A DNA stretch of 64,000 nt. Origin: the human T2T-CHM13v2.0 reference genome, Homo sapiens. The notes beneath the pieces are model-generated. The model was not told the DNA's origin and searched no databases. It worked only from the letters and a program-made list of their open reading frames with translations. The stretch is taken from NCBI RefSeq assembly GCF_009914755.1, contig NC_060939.1. One strand, given 5' to 3'. The stretch's first letter is position 1. Every line of letters starts with the position of its first letter. Shown here piece after piece: positions 1 through 14,885 of the stretch. The translations under genes were made by a program, and so were the position numbers.

Positions 1-769
1 AGAAACAGGAAATTATATTTTTACTTATTAGAATAAACCCATAAAACTCCCTGTTGCCTTGAACTTTAAGGTAGATTGAAATGCAGCCCAAGATTTTAAA
101 ATGAAAAAGTAACTTAACAGAAACCTGGATTTTAGCCCAGAAGTGTACCAGCCTCATGAATCTGGCATTACATGTTTTCTGAAAAGCTGACCACAGTTTA
201 AGTATATATAATCATAAAAAAGAGAGGTCTGTGTTGTCTTTATTTGTGAAAACAATTATTCATTGGGGATTTGGTGAGTTGCCCATTCTGTATGAAGCAA
301 ATTCAAGTCATATCTAGTAAGTAATAATTATTAACACACCTTAAAAGTAAATTTTGTGAAGTATTTTTAAATGGCTATTTTTATATATAAGCAAGTCCTT
401 TAACTTCTCAAGACCTGTTACCTCATCTGAGAGGAAAATGTTTTCAGCCTGAGCAACATCACTTGTATTGGTTTAAATTTGGAGCTACTGTGTTCCATTT
501 TCTTACTTCAGAAAGGATGTGAAGTAAAGACATTTAAAAACTACCATGCCAGCTGATCCCTCTCCCAGACACCTGCCTTCCAGGAGGAGAGGATCCAGCA
601 CTCCTTCCTGGTCCTACAAGGCCACTTCAGGAAGCTAAAGCTTCCTCCTCACCCCATCGTTTCACACTCTCTTCCCAGTCTCTTTACGTTAGGACTTTCC
701 TTTGCCCTCCCATGTCTTTTTGGGCCCTGACGCTAGTCTTCCTCTCGGCCCCCCAATGGGATTTGTAAC

Positions 770-1010
770 TATTTATTTATTCATCCAGCAGGGATTTACT
801 GAGTACCTACTATGTGCTAGACGTTGTTCTAGAAGCTTGGCGTACATCAGTGAATAAAACAAAGATCCCTGTGTAGCTTACACTGAAGCAGATAAAGATG
901 GACAATAAATAATTAACTTAAAAAATAAATGAATTATCCAGTATGCCAGACAGTGCTAAGTGCTATAAGAAGAAGAAAAAGCCAAGCAGGGTATGGTGGA
1001 TTGAGAGTGT
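770..1010 (-). mobile_element. L2 3' fragment
   Basis: ttattcatccagcagggatttactgagtacctactatgtgctag... resembles the reverse complement of the L2 3' end. Confidence 0.75.
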
Positions 1011-1140
1011 AAGGAGTCATGCTGAAGAGGGGGATGCTTAACCCCAGTCCTGCAGTTCCATGTAAGAAATCCACCTAATCCAGCCTGGCTCCTTATGCAT
1101 TATCCTGGCATCAACTTACATGGCCACGATTCTTGAAGGG

Positions 1141-1471
1141 TGTGGTAGAGACAGTTAATGCTCAACAAGTATTCATACTTGTTATTTCCTAGCCTCCCTT
1201 GCAGTTAAGTCAGGGCCAGGTGACAATGTTAGCCAATGAACTATAAGAGGAAGAAGAATTTAAAAACCATTGTGTCTCTTTCATCTTACCCTTAGCCCAG
1301 TGCAGTGATCTCAGATGCCATTAGTCCAGATACTGTGGCTCCATGATGGAGAAGGCCACCCAACCCACTAAGAATGTGACATGAGCAAGAATAAGCCTTT
1401 ACTGTGTTTATGCCACTAAGATTGCAGGGCTGTTTATAACTGCATCATAGTGTAGCCTATCTGAGCAAGCA
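1141..1471 (+). mobile_element. MLT1 (J-like) MaLR solo LTR
   Basis: Starts tgtggtag; contains ttcctagcctcccttgcagttaag and aataagccttt...gccactaagattg motifs typical of MLT1. Confidence 0.7.
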
Positions 1472-3020
1472 TCTAGGAAAGAATGGGACCTAAATAATTG
1501 CTAACAATCATGTTCTGCTTTTTGATGATTAGCAACACTAAAAATCATGAATTTCTACCTCCTCGTAGATCAATAGAGGTATAAAGGTAAATTCTGCCGG
1601 GAAAGAAATGAGTAATAGTAAATTATATTTAGATGGCCTTTTTGGGCCTCCATGAATATTCAATGAGGTATTTTAAGCAAGTATTTTGATTCATGAACAC
1701 AATTTACTTTTCTTGGATTCACATAACAGTAAAATTTCATTGAAAAAATTACTTAGTAGAAAATGTGTAATTTGTTTTATTCTAATCAAAATATTTCTTG
1801 GACCATTCAGTTTCCTGGCTACTCTCTGACTTCAATCTCAATTCGGAGGAATTTTTTTTTCTATAAACATCTGTTATAAAAGCACTCATTTAAGAGAGAT
1901 TAAAATATTAACAGAATCCAGAGTTTACAAGCAATTGCAAAGCACAGGCAATAGGAGCTCTAAGCTCTGCACTGGAGAAACTTTACAATATAAACTTGCC
2001 TGTGCTTTAACTCATGTGATTATGCTAATACCCTTGTCCATGTTTTCCCTAAGTGGATCCCCCAAAAACACATTTTGAAAGATTGTCTCAAACTCATGAA
2101 AATCCATTAGTAAATAAAGCCAATCTGTATGGATATACTAATATTCTGGGCCAGACTGTCAAGTGGGTAAAGCAGGAGACCACTGAGGAGTGAAAGGGAG
2201 ACTCCAGAGATTCTCTCTGCAGCCTATTATGGTGCCTAAAATCCTACAATCAGTGTCTCTTTCCTTTGACTCTTGAAGTACTGTGTTTCTCTGTGGTATC
2301 TTAATCATACATGCAGATATCCTTAGAATGGACAACATCTAGAGGTTGTTCCATGACTACTTAAGAATAACTTTAACAGAATAGAACGAGATATAGGTAG
2401 AAAAGGAAAGGCAAGAGAGATTATACTGAAGATCGGGGACCAGCTGAATGGTATGAAGATGGAAATACTAAAACCATGGTCTAAAATAAAAGTCAACAGA
2501 TGACCAACTGATTAATAAATCAGAATATTCTTCTTGAACACCTAATATCTTCAAGACATTATGCTAAGCGCCGTGCAAGGTACTGAAATACATGAGGCAG
2601 GATGACTGTCTTCATGAAGTTTGAGGTCTCCTAGTTAGTCTTTGTTATGGAGCCAGGAAATGGATGGGTGGTTAGACCTAGAACTAGAAATACAAGGGTG
2701 GCCAATATTTCTCCCCAGCAAGTCTGTATATGGCTTCAGGGAGGCCAACATCAAGCAAGTAAAGGGTATTATGGGATTGAAGTAAATGATATTTAAAAAG
2801 GAAACAAGCATGAAATGAACGATAAACTGATAAAGCCATTCTCTCCTTGGCAAACATTTTTACTCTTTTTAGCGTGCGAAGAAATTACAGGCTTTGATGC
2901 CTGGAGAATTTGATGTCCTTCCACCAAATAAAAAGAAACATAAATTGGATCTCACATTACTTTGTTGCATTGCTTTTTGGGTTTGAGGTTTTTGTTTGTT
3001 TATCTGTTTAAAATACTTAC

Positions 3021-3103
3021 CATCAAACCCTGCAAGTCTGCTGATATCTGCTCCAAGTTCTGAAGTAACTGATAGTGCATGGCGGACTTTTAGGTTCGTT
3101 TCC
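3021..3103 (-). CDS. ATP8B4: ATP8B4 coding exon (83 nt, phase 2-1): (G)ETNLKVRHALSVTSELGADISRLAGFD(G)
   Basis: Acceptor aatttcacag|GGA and donor ATG|gtaagt. Completes the P4-ATPase DGETN dephosphorylation motif across the junction. Confidence 0.97.
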
Positions 3104-4583
3104 CTGTGAAATTATTGACATGACATGAATTTTTATATGGAACAGCCCAACAGCATCCTACCAAAGCAATCAGGTGGGTGTAGCACATGCAAAGCCAAAC
3201 CCAAGAGATCCAAGAAACTCTCCTTTGAATGTCATTCACACTTCGCTCACTGTTTCAGGAAAGTAGGCAGGGCTTCTTGGGCTCCAAAGAGTTGGCATTC
3301 TACCCACGGCACATCTTTATAACAACACAATGATCTGTTTTGCAGTTTGAAAGAACAGAGGACATAACAAATATGGTTTCATTTGAACCTACTCAGACAT
3401 CACGCATGAGTTACAAAACACATTCAGAATTGGAACACAGTTGCCAAATAAAGGAGGCTAATATCACTCCAGAGTCTACTATCTACATAGGAGTTTTACT
3501 TGCAAAAAATGGTCATGACTAATTTCACAGTAGCTGAAATTTAAATGGGAAAGGGAATACAGCTTTCATTTTCTTAGAGAATCAATCCAAGAAACCCATA
3601 AGTCTAAAATAGACAACCTAGACAAGCTCAGCAAGTCACAGTGAGTTGGGCATCTTCTTATAGGTGAGACCACACATATTTTGGACAGATGGCTCTCTGA
3701 TATTCATAAATGGCCAGCAGTTAAGATTCTATGGCCATCACTTACGTCTTGTTTTAAGGGCTTGCCATCCCAGTTTTCTCACTGAATTCAGCCTAATTCT
3801 CTTATACTGTAGCTTAAGATCAGCTATCAGAGTTCTATCTTTTATGGAAATGTTTAGTGGTACTTTCCTTCAGTCAACAAATATTGATTAAATACATACC
3901 CTAGTCACCCAAGATACGCAATGCTGCCCCAAGAGGATGACAATCCTCTTGGGGAAAACAAGTGGTAGGTAAAAAAGCAAACATCACTGTGTGGAATTTT
4001 GTGCAAACCCGTGAAATAACTCATTTTAGACAGCCAAAAAGCAGGTACCTAAGAAGGCATCCAATCTTAACCTTCCGTAAATGAATTTCACAATGATGTA
4101 GGACAATATGAGTCCAACTCAAGGAATACGCATTGCTAAAATAGCTTTCTTCAGGAAAGACTAAGTTGGATGTATAATTCAAGCTAGTTTGCTTAAAAGT
4201 AATCTTATTAATCAAAACCTGCTGATTTCTAGGACGCAGAGATGAGTAGGAATTGAGATAGTCAAGAACTTCATAGATGAAGCAGAAATTGAGCTGGGCT
4301 TGACGGACAAGAGTGAGAAAAGTGGTATAGAGGCTAAAGGGCCAACATGTCCATCCATTTAAACAACTGTTCAAATAACTGAAATAGTCACACCAAAAAA
4401 GCCAGATAGCCCTAGTTCTTTAGCCCTAATCTACGTCATGTAATTTATCAAAGTTTATCATCATTTTGAATTACTTCCTCAGGATCCTCTCCACTATCTC
4501 AGTTCTATCTTCAAATGTGAAAAAACAAAAGAGGAAGAATAATCACACACAGGCCTTCTTGATACTTTTAAAAAGTATTTTCC

Positions 4584-5899
<1,316 letters not shown>

Positions 5900-6039
5900 A
5901 AAAAGTATTTTCCAGGACTCCTGATTAATGCCTTCATTGTCATTCCACACTCTTGCTTAATCTGCCTGAGTATCTTGATAAACTTCAAAGTGATTTTCAG
6001 CATAAGAAACAATACCAAAAGATGCTGTGTACCCCTTAT

Positions 6040-7690
6040 TCAGAATTGCATCTTACTACAGTTTCACATCTTGCAAAATATAGTATAATATCACAACCAC
6101 GATATTGATATTGAAATAGTTAAGATACAGAACACTTCTATCACTGCGGGATCCCTCAGGTTGTGCTCCATAGCCGTACCCACCTCCCTGCCTTTCCCAC
6201 CCCATCTTAACACCTGGAAACTACTAATCTGTTCTCTATTTCCATGATTTTGCCTTTTCAAAAGGCAAAAATTTTATAAACAGAATTATACTGTATGTGA
6301 CCTTTGGGATTGGCTATTTTTTGTCAGTATAATTCTCTGAAGATTCATCCAGAGTGTTACATGTATCAGTAGTTCACTCATTTTCATTGCTAAGTAGTAT
6401 TCCATGGTATGGATGTACCACAATTTATTCAACCATTGACTTATTGAAGGATATTCAAGTTGTTTTCATTTCTGGATGTTATGTATAAAGCCACCATAAA
6501 CATTCATGTACAGGTTTTTGTACAAACATGTCTTCATTTCTCTGGGATAAATGCCCAGGGGTGAAATTGTTGGGTTGTATGTTAACTGCATGTTCAGTTT
6601 TTAAGAAACTACAAAACCATTTTCCAGAGTGATTGTAGCATGTTACATTCCCACCCACAATGTATGAATAATCCTGTTTCCCTACTTCCTTGCTAGCATT
6701 TGGAGTTGTCACTCTTTTTCATTTTAGCCATTCTGATAGGTCTGTAGTGAGATCTTATTGTAGTTTTAGCTTGTATTTCCTCAGTAGTTAATGATGTTGA
6801 GCATCTTTTCATGTGCTTATTTGCCATTTGTACGTCCTCTTTGGTGAAATGTCTCTTTTATGTCATTTGCCCATTTTCAAATGGGATGGTTTGTTTTTTT
6901 ACTATTGAGTTTTAAGAAGTTTTTTTAAAATATATTCAAGATACAAGTCCCTGGTCAAATAGATGGTTTACAAATATTTTCTTCCAGTCTGTAACTTATC
7001 TTTAAGTCCTCCTAACAGGAACTTCTGTGGAACAAAAATTTTTAATTTCTTGAAGTCCAGTTTATCAAAGTTTTCCTTTTATGGATTATGTTTACTGTGT
7101 CAAGTCTAAGAATCTGACCAGACAGCCCTAGATTTCAAAGATTTCCTCCTATTTTTTTCCTCAAAGCTTTTTATACTTTACATTTGAAATCAATTTCTGT
7201 AATACTTATAGAGCTATTCAAATTATCTATTTCATATTAAGTGTATAGTCTTTTTTTTGAGAAAGTGGTCCATTTCTTCTAAATTGTCAAATTTATGTGT
7301 GCACAGTTGTTTGTAGTATTTCTTTTTTACCTTTATAATGTCTTCAGGATCTATACCAAATTTCCATGGTTCATGCATAATATGCTAATTTGTGTCTTCT
7401 CTTTTTTTTTCTTTTATCAGTATTCTTAGAGGTTTGTCACTTGTATTGATGTTTCCAAAGAACTAGCTCTGTGTCGTTGATTTTCTTTATTTTTTTTGTT
7501 TTCAAGTCTATTTATTTCTGCTCTTATCTTATTATCTCCTTTCTTATGCTTCTTTGGGGTTTATTTTGCTGTTTTCTAGGGTTTTTAGATGAATGATGAG
7601 ATTATTTATTTGAGAATTTTTCTCTTTTCAAATGTATGCCATAAATGTTCCTCTCAGAACTGTTTTAGTTGTGTCTGAACTGTTCTGTCC
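6040..7690 (-). mobile_element. Old L1 (L1MC/L1M-like) fragments
   Basis: Diverged antisense L1 3'UTR/ORF2 motifs (gtagtattccatggtatggatgtaccaca; ttttagccattctgatagg). Confidence 0.8.
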
Positions 7691-7749
7691 AAAGTAGGGT
7701 CCCACAGACTAAAGTACTATTTGAATAGCTCAATATGACAATAATTTGG

Positions 7750-7975
7750 AAGGCACCAGTTAAAACCATGGACTCTGGTGTCAGACTGCCAGGTTCGAGT
7801 CCTGGCTTCACTCTTCAGATGCTTTGGACAAATTACCTAGGCTCTCTAAGCCTTGATTTCATTGTCTGTACAATAGGGCATAATTACATAGCACCTACAT
7901 CAGGATTAAATGATAAATTCCATCTAAAGAACACAAATACATAGTGTCATTAAAATGTAAGCATTCAATAAATGT
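7750..7975 (+). mobile_element. MIR
   Basis: ggactctggtgtcagactgccaggttcgagtcctggct followed by the MIR core. Confidence 0.8.
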
Positions 7976-8496
7976 TTTTATGCCAGACAAACTAAATCCT
8001 CTGAAACAGAACTGCTATATGGTCTATAACTAAATTCTAAATTAATATCAACATCAAAACTGCATCATATTCTGTTTCTCTCTTCTTTTTCTATGTCTTC
8101 ATTTGACACAGTTCCAAAAGGTTGCCTTTTAAAGTAACATCAGTCCTTCCTTCCCTCCTCAAGGAATCTTGATCTCTACCCCTCTCATTTTCCCTATAAA
8201 ATCACTTGAAATCAAAACAAGCAAAAACTTTTTTTAAAAAATCTAAGGAATCTTACTGAAGATTCTCTGTGTAAAGTTATTCCTGTATATAAGTTTCGCT
8301 CACTGTTTCTGCAAGAAAATAAATTTAAGAGAAAAAACAGTTTCAAAATTACTGTAGAGTAATTAACTATGGACTTTGCAATGTAAACTCCTATGTCTCC
8401 CAAGAAGATACTGAACAAGGTTAAGTCTTATCTCTAAAGACATTACTTTTAAATAAATTAAAAACCAACCAAATTATTCTAATTTTAATAACTTAC

Positions 8497-8567
8497 CCAT
8501 CAAGCTCAGCAGTTTCAACATAACAGAGACCATGTGGCTCACTACTTGATAGGAGAAGTAAATCAGC
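8497..8567 (-). CDS. ATP8B4: ATP8B4 coding exon (71 nt, phase 0-2): ADLLLLSSSEPHGLCYVETAELD(G)
   Basis: Acceptor tttttgaaaatag|GCT and donor TGG|gtaagt. Conserved ADLLLLSSS...CYVETA.LDG. Confidence 0.97.
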
Positions 8568-8954
8568 CTATTTTCAAAAATCATAACAAAAGAATACTTG
8601 AGAAGTTAGATTGGTTGAAAGTCTTCTACAGTATATCACCTCTTGACTACTAAAGAGGCAACAGAGCCTCAGAAACAGAGTAAAAGAAGTGAGATCCTGT
8701 TCTACCTCTATGTCATATGCCCTGAACCAAACCCTCCCTCTTCCCTGTTCCTCCTTTATATGCCCCTTGACTATCACAACATAAGCAAGGAAAGGAGCTA
8801 TCATATGAATTAATAGCCACTTGATTCACCTTTTTTTAATGAAACATATAAATTCTATTTTCTTGCTTTGATAATTACTAACATAAAACTCTCTCCAATA
8901 AATAATTGGAAATATATGCACAAACTTTAATTACCTAGTGTCATCAGTTAAAAG

Positions 8955-9185
8955 CAGGGAGCAGGCAAAGGAGATGGGGAAAAGACAGAAGGGAAATAGA
9001 TGGAGGAAACTGAAAAAATAAAATAAAAATAAGAGGGGCAAGGAAGTTAAGAAAGAGATAAAGATGGAAAGAAAAAAGTAAAAGATGGTAGGGAGTAAGA
9101 AAGAGGAGAGCTAAGATAAAGTAGGGACTAAGGAAAACAGCAAGACAGAAGAGAAAATGTAGTCAAAGGCAGTGGGAAAAAATCA
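8955..9185 (+). repeat. GA-rich low-complexity tract
   Basis: About 230 bp of strongly purine-biased sequence. Confidence 0.7.
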
Positions 9186-9616
9186 GATACTGAGTAGTTT
9201 GGATTTTTCAGAGATAAACAGTTCTATTCTGATGTCCAATTGAGCTTTGCATATCACCTATCACAATTCAGTTTTAGCATCCTGGTAGCTCTCTAAATTG
9301 GCAAAGTGCTTATTGATTTTATTTCAAAGCTCTAAACTTATTTTAAAAATAAGTGTTTTTATAAAATTTTGAAGGGTCTGAATGTCTAAAAAGAATTGGC
9401 TTAAATTTTAGCAATTTAGTTTGAGACATTAGCCTAACAATTTTCTAGCTATGTCTGAATGTATGATTGGCATTCCAAATCTGTGATATTTTCTTACCTT
9501 TATTTTTAAAAACATTAGAATTGCTTTGTTCTTGAATCTTGGGGGTTAAATTTAGAATCAACTTACTTTCTTGATTGTCTCAAGCTTTTAAATTTGCAAC
9601 TCAAAAATAGGGTGTG

Positions 9617-9618
<2 letters not shown>

Positions 9619-9658
<40 letters not shown>
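9619..9658 (+). repeat. (TG)20 microsatellite
   Basis: Perfect dinucleotide repeat, read directly. Confidence 0.97.
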
Positions 9659-9659
<1 letters not shown>

Positions 9660-10911
9660 TTTTGTCTAAACTGGGATAAAACAGAGCTGGGGAAAAATAC
9701 CCTGTGACGGCCCCTAAAAGAATAAGTGGGTTTGCATTAGCAAGGCTCTTACACAACTCTGAATCAAAGAGCCACAGAAGCTTGTTGAGGCAGAAATTCT
9801 CTGACTTGTCACACTGTGAACAGAGGAAAGCCACATAAAGAAAGTGATGCCGCTCTTGGGCCAAAAACTACCCATCCTGATTTTAAAGGAAAAAAAAATT
9901 TTTTTTGAAAATTCACCTTGATCTTATTTCCCACATTCAAATTTCAATGCATAAAACCAGGCACAAGGCACTAAACAGCAATAGAGCTTAACAGTCAGTC
10001 TATGGGCCTGCACCTCTCCTCCCCTGGGCTTAAAAGGCTCATGTTAAACAAAATCCAAAATTCTCTAATCCTAAGAATCTGTGATTGAATATAGAGAAAG
10101 ATGCCTATTTGTACCCAGGGCTGCTTTTCTTTGAAACTCGAATCCAGTGTTACTGTTGAAGACTGGGTGGGGCTGCACTGACACTCACACCATGGTAAAC
10201 AAGGGGTGGAGTCCCTGCACACAGCTGGCTAGGAACATGTGACTGAGGCGCCACTGCCATCTGGCGGTCAGATTCTCTCCTGAGCAGTGACCCAGCTTCC
10301 CACAGGCTGACCCCCATAGGTTCCGGGCTAACTGTTCTTGCTCACTGTACTCTCCAGGACCAAGACGCCTACCTTCCCCACCTCCGCCCATCTCCCCAGT
10401 TACCAGCTTTTTCTTTGATGTTCTCTGAACCTTCCTCCTGCTTTCCTACTCCTTGATGGCCTTGCTGCACTCCCTTCATCCATCCTCCCTTCTCCCTGTC
10501 CCTCTGCTGAGGCCTGCTGTTCCCTTTTGTTAACCTCGTCCTTCAAGGCGTTAATTCATTGTGGTTGAGGAGGGAGTGCGAAGGGAAGGCCCAGCGGGGC
10601 CGGGAGGATAAGCGGTCAATGCGCTCATTGTCATGCAGGCAGGCCTATTTTCTAGTGCCCTCAGTCATAATTCTGAAAAGGAAAGGGCAGGAGAGCTGCA
10701 GAAAAAGCCCTGCTCATCCCTTGTCACCCGTTTGCCAGAAGTGCTGTGCCAGGAGTGGAGCAACCCATGAATTTTGGGGCCCACTTTCCCCAGGACTCTG
10801 AGTCTCACAACAGGCCTCCTCAAGCTGACTCATCCAGTAAATCCTACGGGGACCCAATTCCTAGTTGATCCAGAAACTTGTGTTCCAGGTGTAGGTGTTT
10901 ATGATTCCAAA

Positions 10912-11125
10912 TAACGTAGCTGATATTTAGTTAGGGTTTACTATGTGTCCAGCACCATCCTAAGAGCTTCACATGCGCTATTTTATTTAACATTCACAGA
11001 AATCCTGTAACGCAGGTCTTATTGTTATCTCCACTTTACAGATGAGCAAAGTAAGGCCCAGAGGGCTTCTGTAACTTCCTCAAGGTTACACAGTAAGGGT
11101 AGGAGCCAGGATTTGAATCTGGGCA
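10912..11125 (-). mobile_element. MIR
   Basis: ccactttacagatgagcaaagtaaggcccagag...aggttacacag core in reverse orientation. Confidence 0.8.
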
Positions 11126-13729
11126 TACAGTATGAGGCATATACTGCAAGGGATACCAAAATGAGTAAAAATCTCTTTGCTTCAAGGATTTGTATAGTTT
11201 AATAAAGGCAGAATATAAGGTTTCTAAGAGCCTCATTAACAAAGTGCTATGAAAGGAGTGCAAATGAGAGTGCAACGTTGGGTTGGTAGTTGAGGAAGGG
11301 CATCATGGAATATTCTAGATGCAGTGAAAGGAAGTCCCCAAGGCAGAATGACTAGCAGGAGTAAAGAAGAGGAAAGGAAAAGCGTGAATATCCAAACTCA
11401 CAAGTGGGCCAGGATATCATTAATTCTGATCAGAACCACCTATCATATGCCCCATATTTACTTTCTTTTGTGAATTATTCATGCCTTTTCTCCTTGCTCT
11501 GCCAGGAGAGGCTCTGCTATGTTCTTCATGAAGGAACCAGTGTTTTCCAACACAACGCCCCTTCCCCAACTTCCATGGGCAACAGAAAACAAATATTCCC
11601 ATCAGAAGGAATCTGAAAAGAATGCACTGAACATATTTGGGTCCTCAGAGCCAAAGACATTGTCCTCATAGGGTTATTAGGCATAATAAATATTTGTTGA
11701 GTTAAAGAATAAAGTAAAATGTAAAGCAATGATAACACCCTAAAGCTGTACAATTCTTTAAGGATTTATAAAACCCTCTCTCATAATTGTGTCGTTTTAC
11801 TCTCTTCACAACCCTGTGAGTGAGTAGTATTATTCCCATTGTATGGATGAGGAACCCAGGAGGTCATATCTGGCCCAGGAGTGAGGGAGGAATAGACTCT
11901 ACCACACCCACCAGAAGAACTAAATTAACTCATGTAAAGCCCATGGCCCTTCCAAAGTCATTGAGGAACCCAAGGGCCCAAGAGACTTAACACAATCCTC
12001 ATGGACACTCATAGCTTAAATTGCAGAGCTGGAATTAGAATTTAGAACTTCTGATCCCAAAATGTATGCTCTTTTCCTCTGGTGGGCTACTAAATCACTG
12101 GAACACAACTACGAAAAACAGAAAGTATTTCACTTTGTTTTATGTTTTGTTTTGCTTTGTTGGTGTTCAAAAATCAAAACTACAATGGTGAAAGAATATT
12201 TGGATTGTGGCTCCATGACCTGATGGAAAGATAAATTTGTAGAATTAAGTTGAACACTTTTGGATCGCCTTTTATTTTTTAGGCCATTCTCACACAGAGT
12301 TCTTCATCTTCTCTATCATCTACAACATTATCTTTTATTTTAATCTAAAAATAAAAATAAACCAAATACCTCATGCATTGAGTCAAAAAATGAGAATGAG
12401 ATCCTAAAAATGAAGTTTATATGGTAATAGGTAACGTTTGTATTTAAAATTTAAATTTCAGGTCCAATAAATGCATATTGATTACTAATATGTACGGGAT
12501 ACATCATTGTTTTTCTAATTACAGTGATTTGAGAAGAATAAGAAAAAGATGGTGACAAAGAAGAGAAGGAAGGCTGAGAATAATAATGGACATCATAAAA
12601 TTTATTAACAGGCAGGCTGTTCCTCTAGTCAAAAAAAAAAAAAATCCTTGCCTGAATATTTTACCCCCACTTTCTACTGTCATATAAATATGACAAATAG
12701 ATATATATCAGAGAGAGAGACAGAAAGAGATAGAAAGATAGAGATGGTTTACTTACAGCAAATAGGTTGGAACAACAAGCAACTCTGACGTGAAGTTATA
12801 AAACTTAAAAGAGCAATGAGGGCAATGAGACCACCAAAAAAAAAAAAAAAAAAAAAGGCCTCTCTGGAAGTGTGTCCAAGATAGGTGTTGAAAAAGAACA
12901 GATGAAATTCCCTGATGAGTCAAGAAAGAGCAAAAGCCCACCCCAGTCACGCCTGGAGTTTAGGTCAAATTAATCATTCTAGCCCTATCATTTCCGAAGA
13001 ATAAAATTGTCAATTCCTCTATCAGAAGAATGCCTTGGTTTTAAAACAACAATTCTATGAATGCCTTTTTGTGAAGGGAAAGGAAGGACTTTTCAAACAA
13101 GCTAAACAACTCAATTCTAGTAATGTTCAAATATGCTCATGCCAAGTAAGGATTTTATTTCTACCATCAGCTAAGAAAAGTGAAACAACACAAGAGTACT
13201 GCTGTCCAGTGAAGGAGAAAGGTACACCTGGCTCCCACGGTCCGAGTTCCGGTGGTATCAGGAACTCTGCAGTATGTTTTTCTAACAAAATTTATTTGGT
13301 TCTTCTAATGCAAGTCAGACTCCTTGTGGTATCTGAATTATACTCTGCATTTTTCCTGGTCCTTCCAAAAAACTAGGAATTCTGGCAATTCAGCCCACAA
13401 GTATTCTTGAATTTTAAAATGTACATACAAATGCAGAACATAAAAAAAATAAATAAATAAAAATAAATAAAAGGTAAGTAACTTCTGAATATGCCAGCTA
13501 ATTGGCAATCTCCGGTGAGCTTTTTTCCTTGCTTAAAATTTACTGATAAACTGACATAAATCAGGTTGCAAATTCTAAGTTCGAACAGCTAGAAGTTATG
13601 CATCTGCACTGGGCACAACATATTTTCTGATCACTTGGCTTCCAGCATCCAAGCCAAGAGCCCCTAACTCTGGTAGCCCAGACTCAAGTCAATGAGGATG
13701 ACTGTTCCAATGGAGTAAGGAACAGCAAA

Positions 13730-13970
13730 TGGTAGTGGTTAGAAGTGGAGGCACTTGAGCTACATTGCATAGACTTAACTCCTGAATGTCCCATTGGCGA
13801 GCTGTTTGACGGCACTGTGCCTCTGTTTTCTCATCTGTAAAGTGAGAGCAGTAAGGATACTACATAACCTGCCCTTACTGGGCTAATGTGAGGATTAAAT
13901 GAGCTAATCACATGAAGTGCTTGTTAATATTGTCTGGCATGTGGCGTATGGCCAATAAATGCTAGCAATT
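13730..13970 (+). mobile_element. MIR
   Basis: ctgtgcctctgttttctcatctgtaaagtg...gtgaggattaaatgagctaat. Confidence 0.8.
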
Positions 13971-14794
13971 GTTTTCATGACCTTCATGACCTGGTTTCCC
14001 CCAAATCTACCTCAGTATAACTCCTAAGTGGGTCTCTTTCAGGGGCCTGTAAGTTTTGCCCCCCGAATATAAGCTCTCTGAAGCCCCTGCCAGCTGATAC
14101 CAGAGTGCAGGGAGATATATTAGTACTCCTAAGTGATTCCAATGGTTCACCAAAAAAAAAATTGTCTTGCCCTTGAAAATGGTTTTGTAGGTGCTGAGTA
14201 GATAGACATGGAAAAACTTTGAACAAAATTACCTAATCAAGAGGTTCAGTGAGGTGGATTTGAAGGACTCCCATCCTCGGTTATCCAAAGATTAGGCCAA
14301 CAGAACTACATTTGTAGGAGTCAAACAGAGAACAATGGAGATAAAAATATCTTTTTTTGATAAAGCTGTTATTACTGATAAAGACCAGGCTTCAGGTCTG
14401 TGGCCCAAATGGGCTTCACTCCTGTTAGACAAACTCATTGAGCCACAGATGCTGGAAGCTCTAAGTTGCCCTGGCCCTCCCAATACCCCCACCACAGGGA
14501 TTTGCTTCTATAAAATTGATAGCGTGGAAGAGCAGAGCAGAACAGACTCTCTGCACACAGGTGCAGCTCAAAGAGAACAAGAATTAAGGAAGCATCACCT
14601 AGGTCATGTGGCGCCACTCCCAGCTCCCAAACTCACCAATCAGAGAAGACACTCCTAGGAGAGAGGCGTGAGCAACTGGATGAAAGACACTTAGAGTGTT
14701 ATTTTGGTGCTGTCCCTCCAAACGATAACAAGAGGAAGAGTGGAAAATAAGCATTCTCACCCCATCATGGGAACCACCATAAAAGGCCACATCC

Positions 14795-14885
14795 GTGTGT
14801 CTAATACAGTAGCCACAAATCACATGTAGCTATTTAAATCTAAATTAATTAAAATTCAAAATTCTGCTCTTCAATTGCACTTGTG
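14795..14885. mobile_element. MER3/MER33-like hAT-Charlie fragment
   Basis: ctaatacagtagccacaaatcacatgtagctatttaaatctaaattaattaaaatt. Confidence 0.6.
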
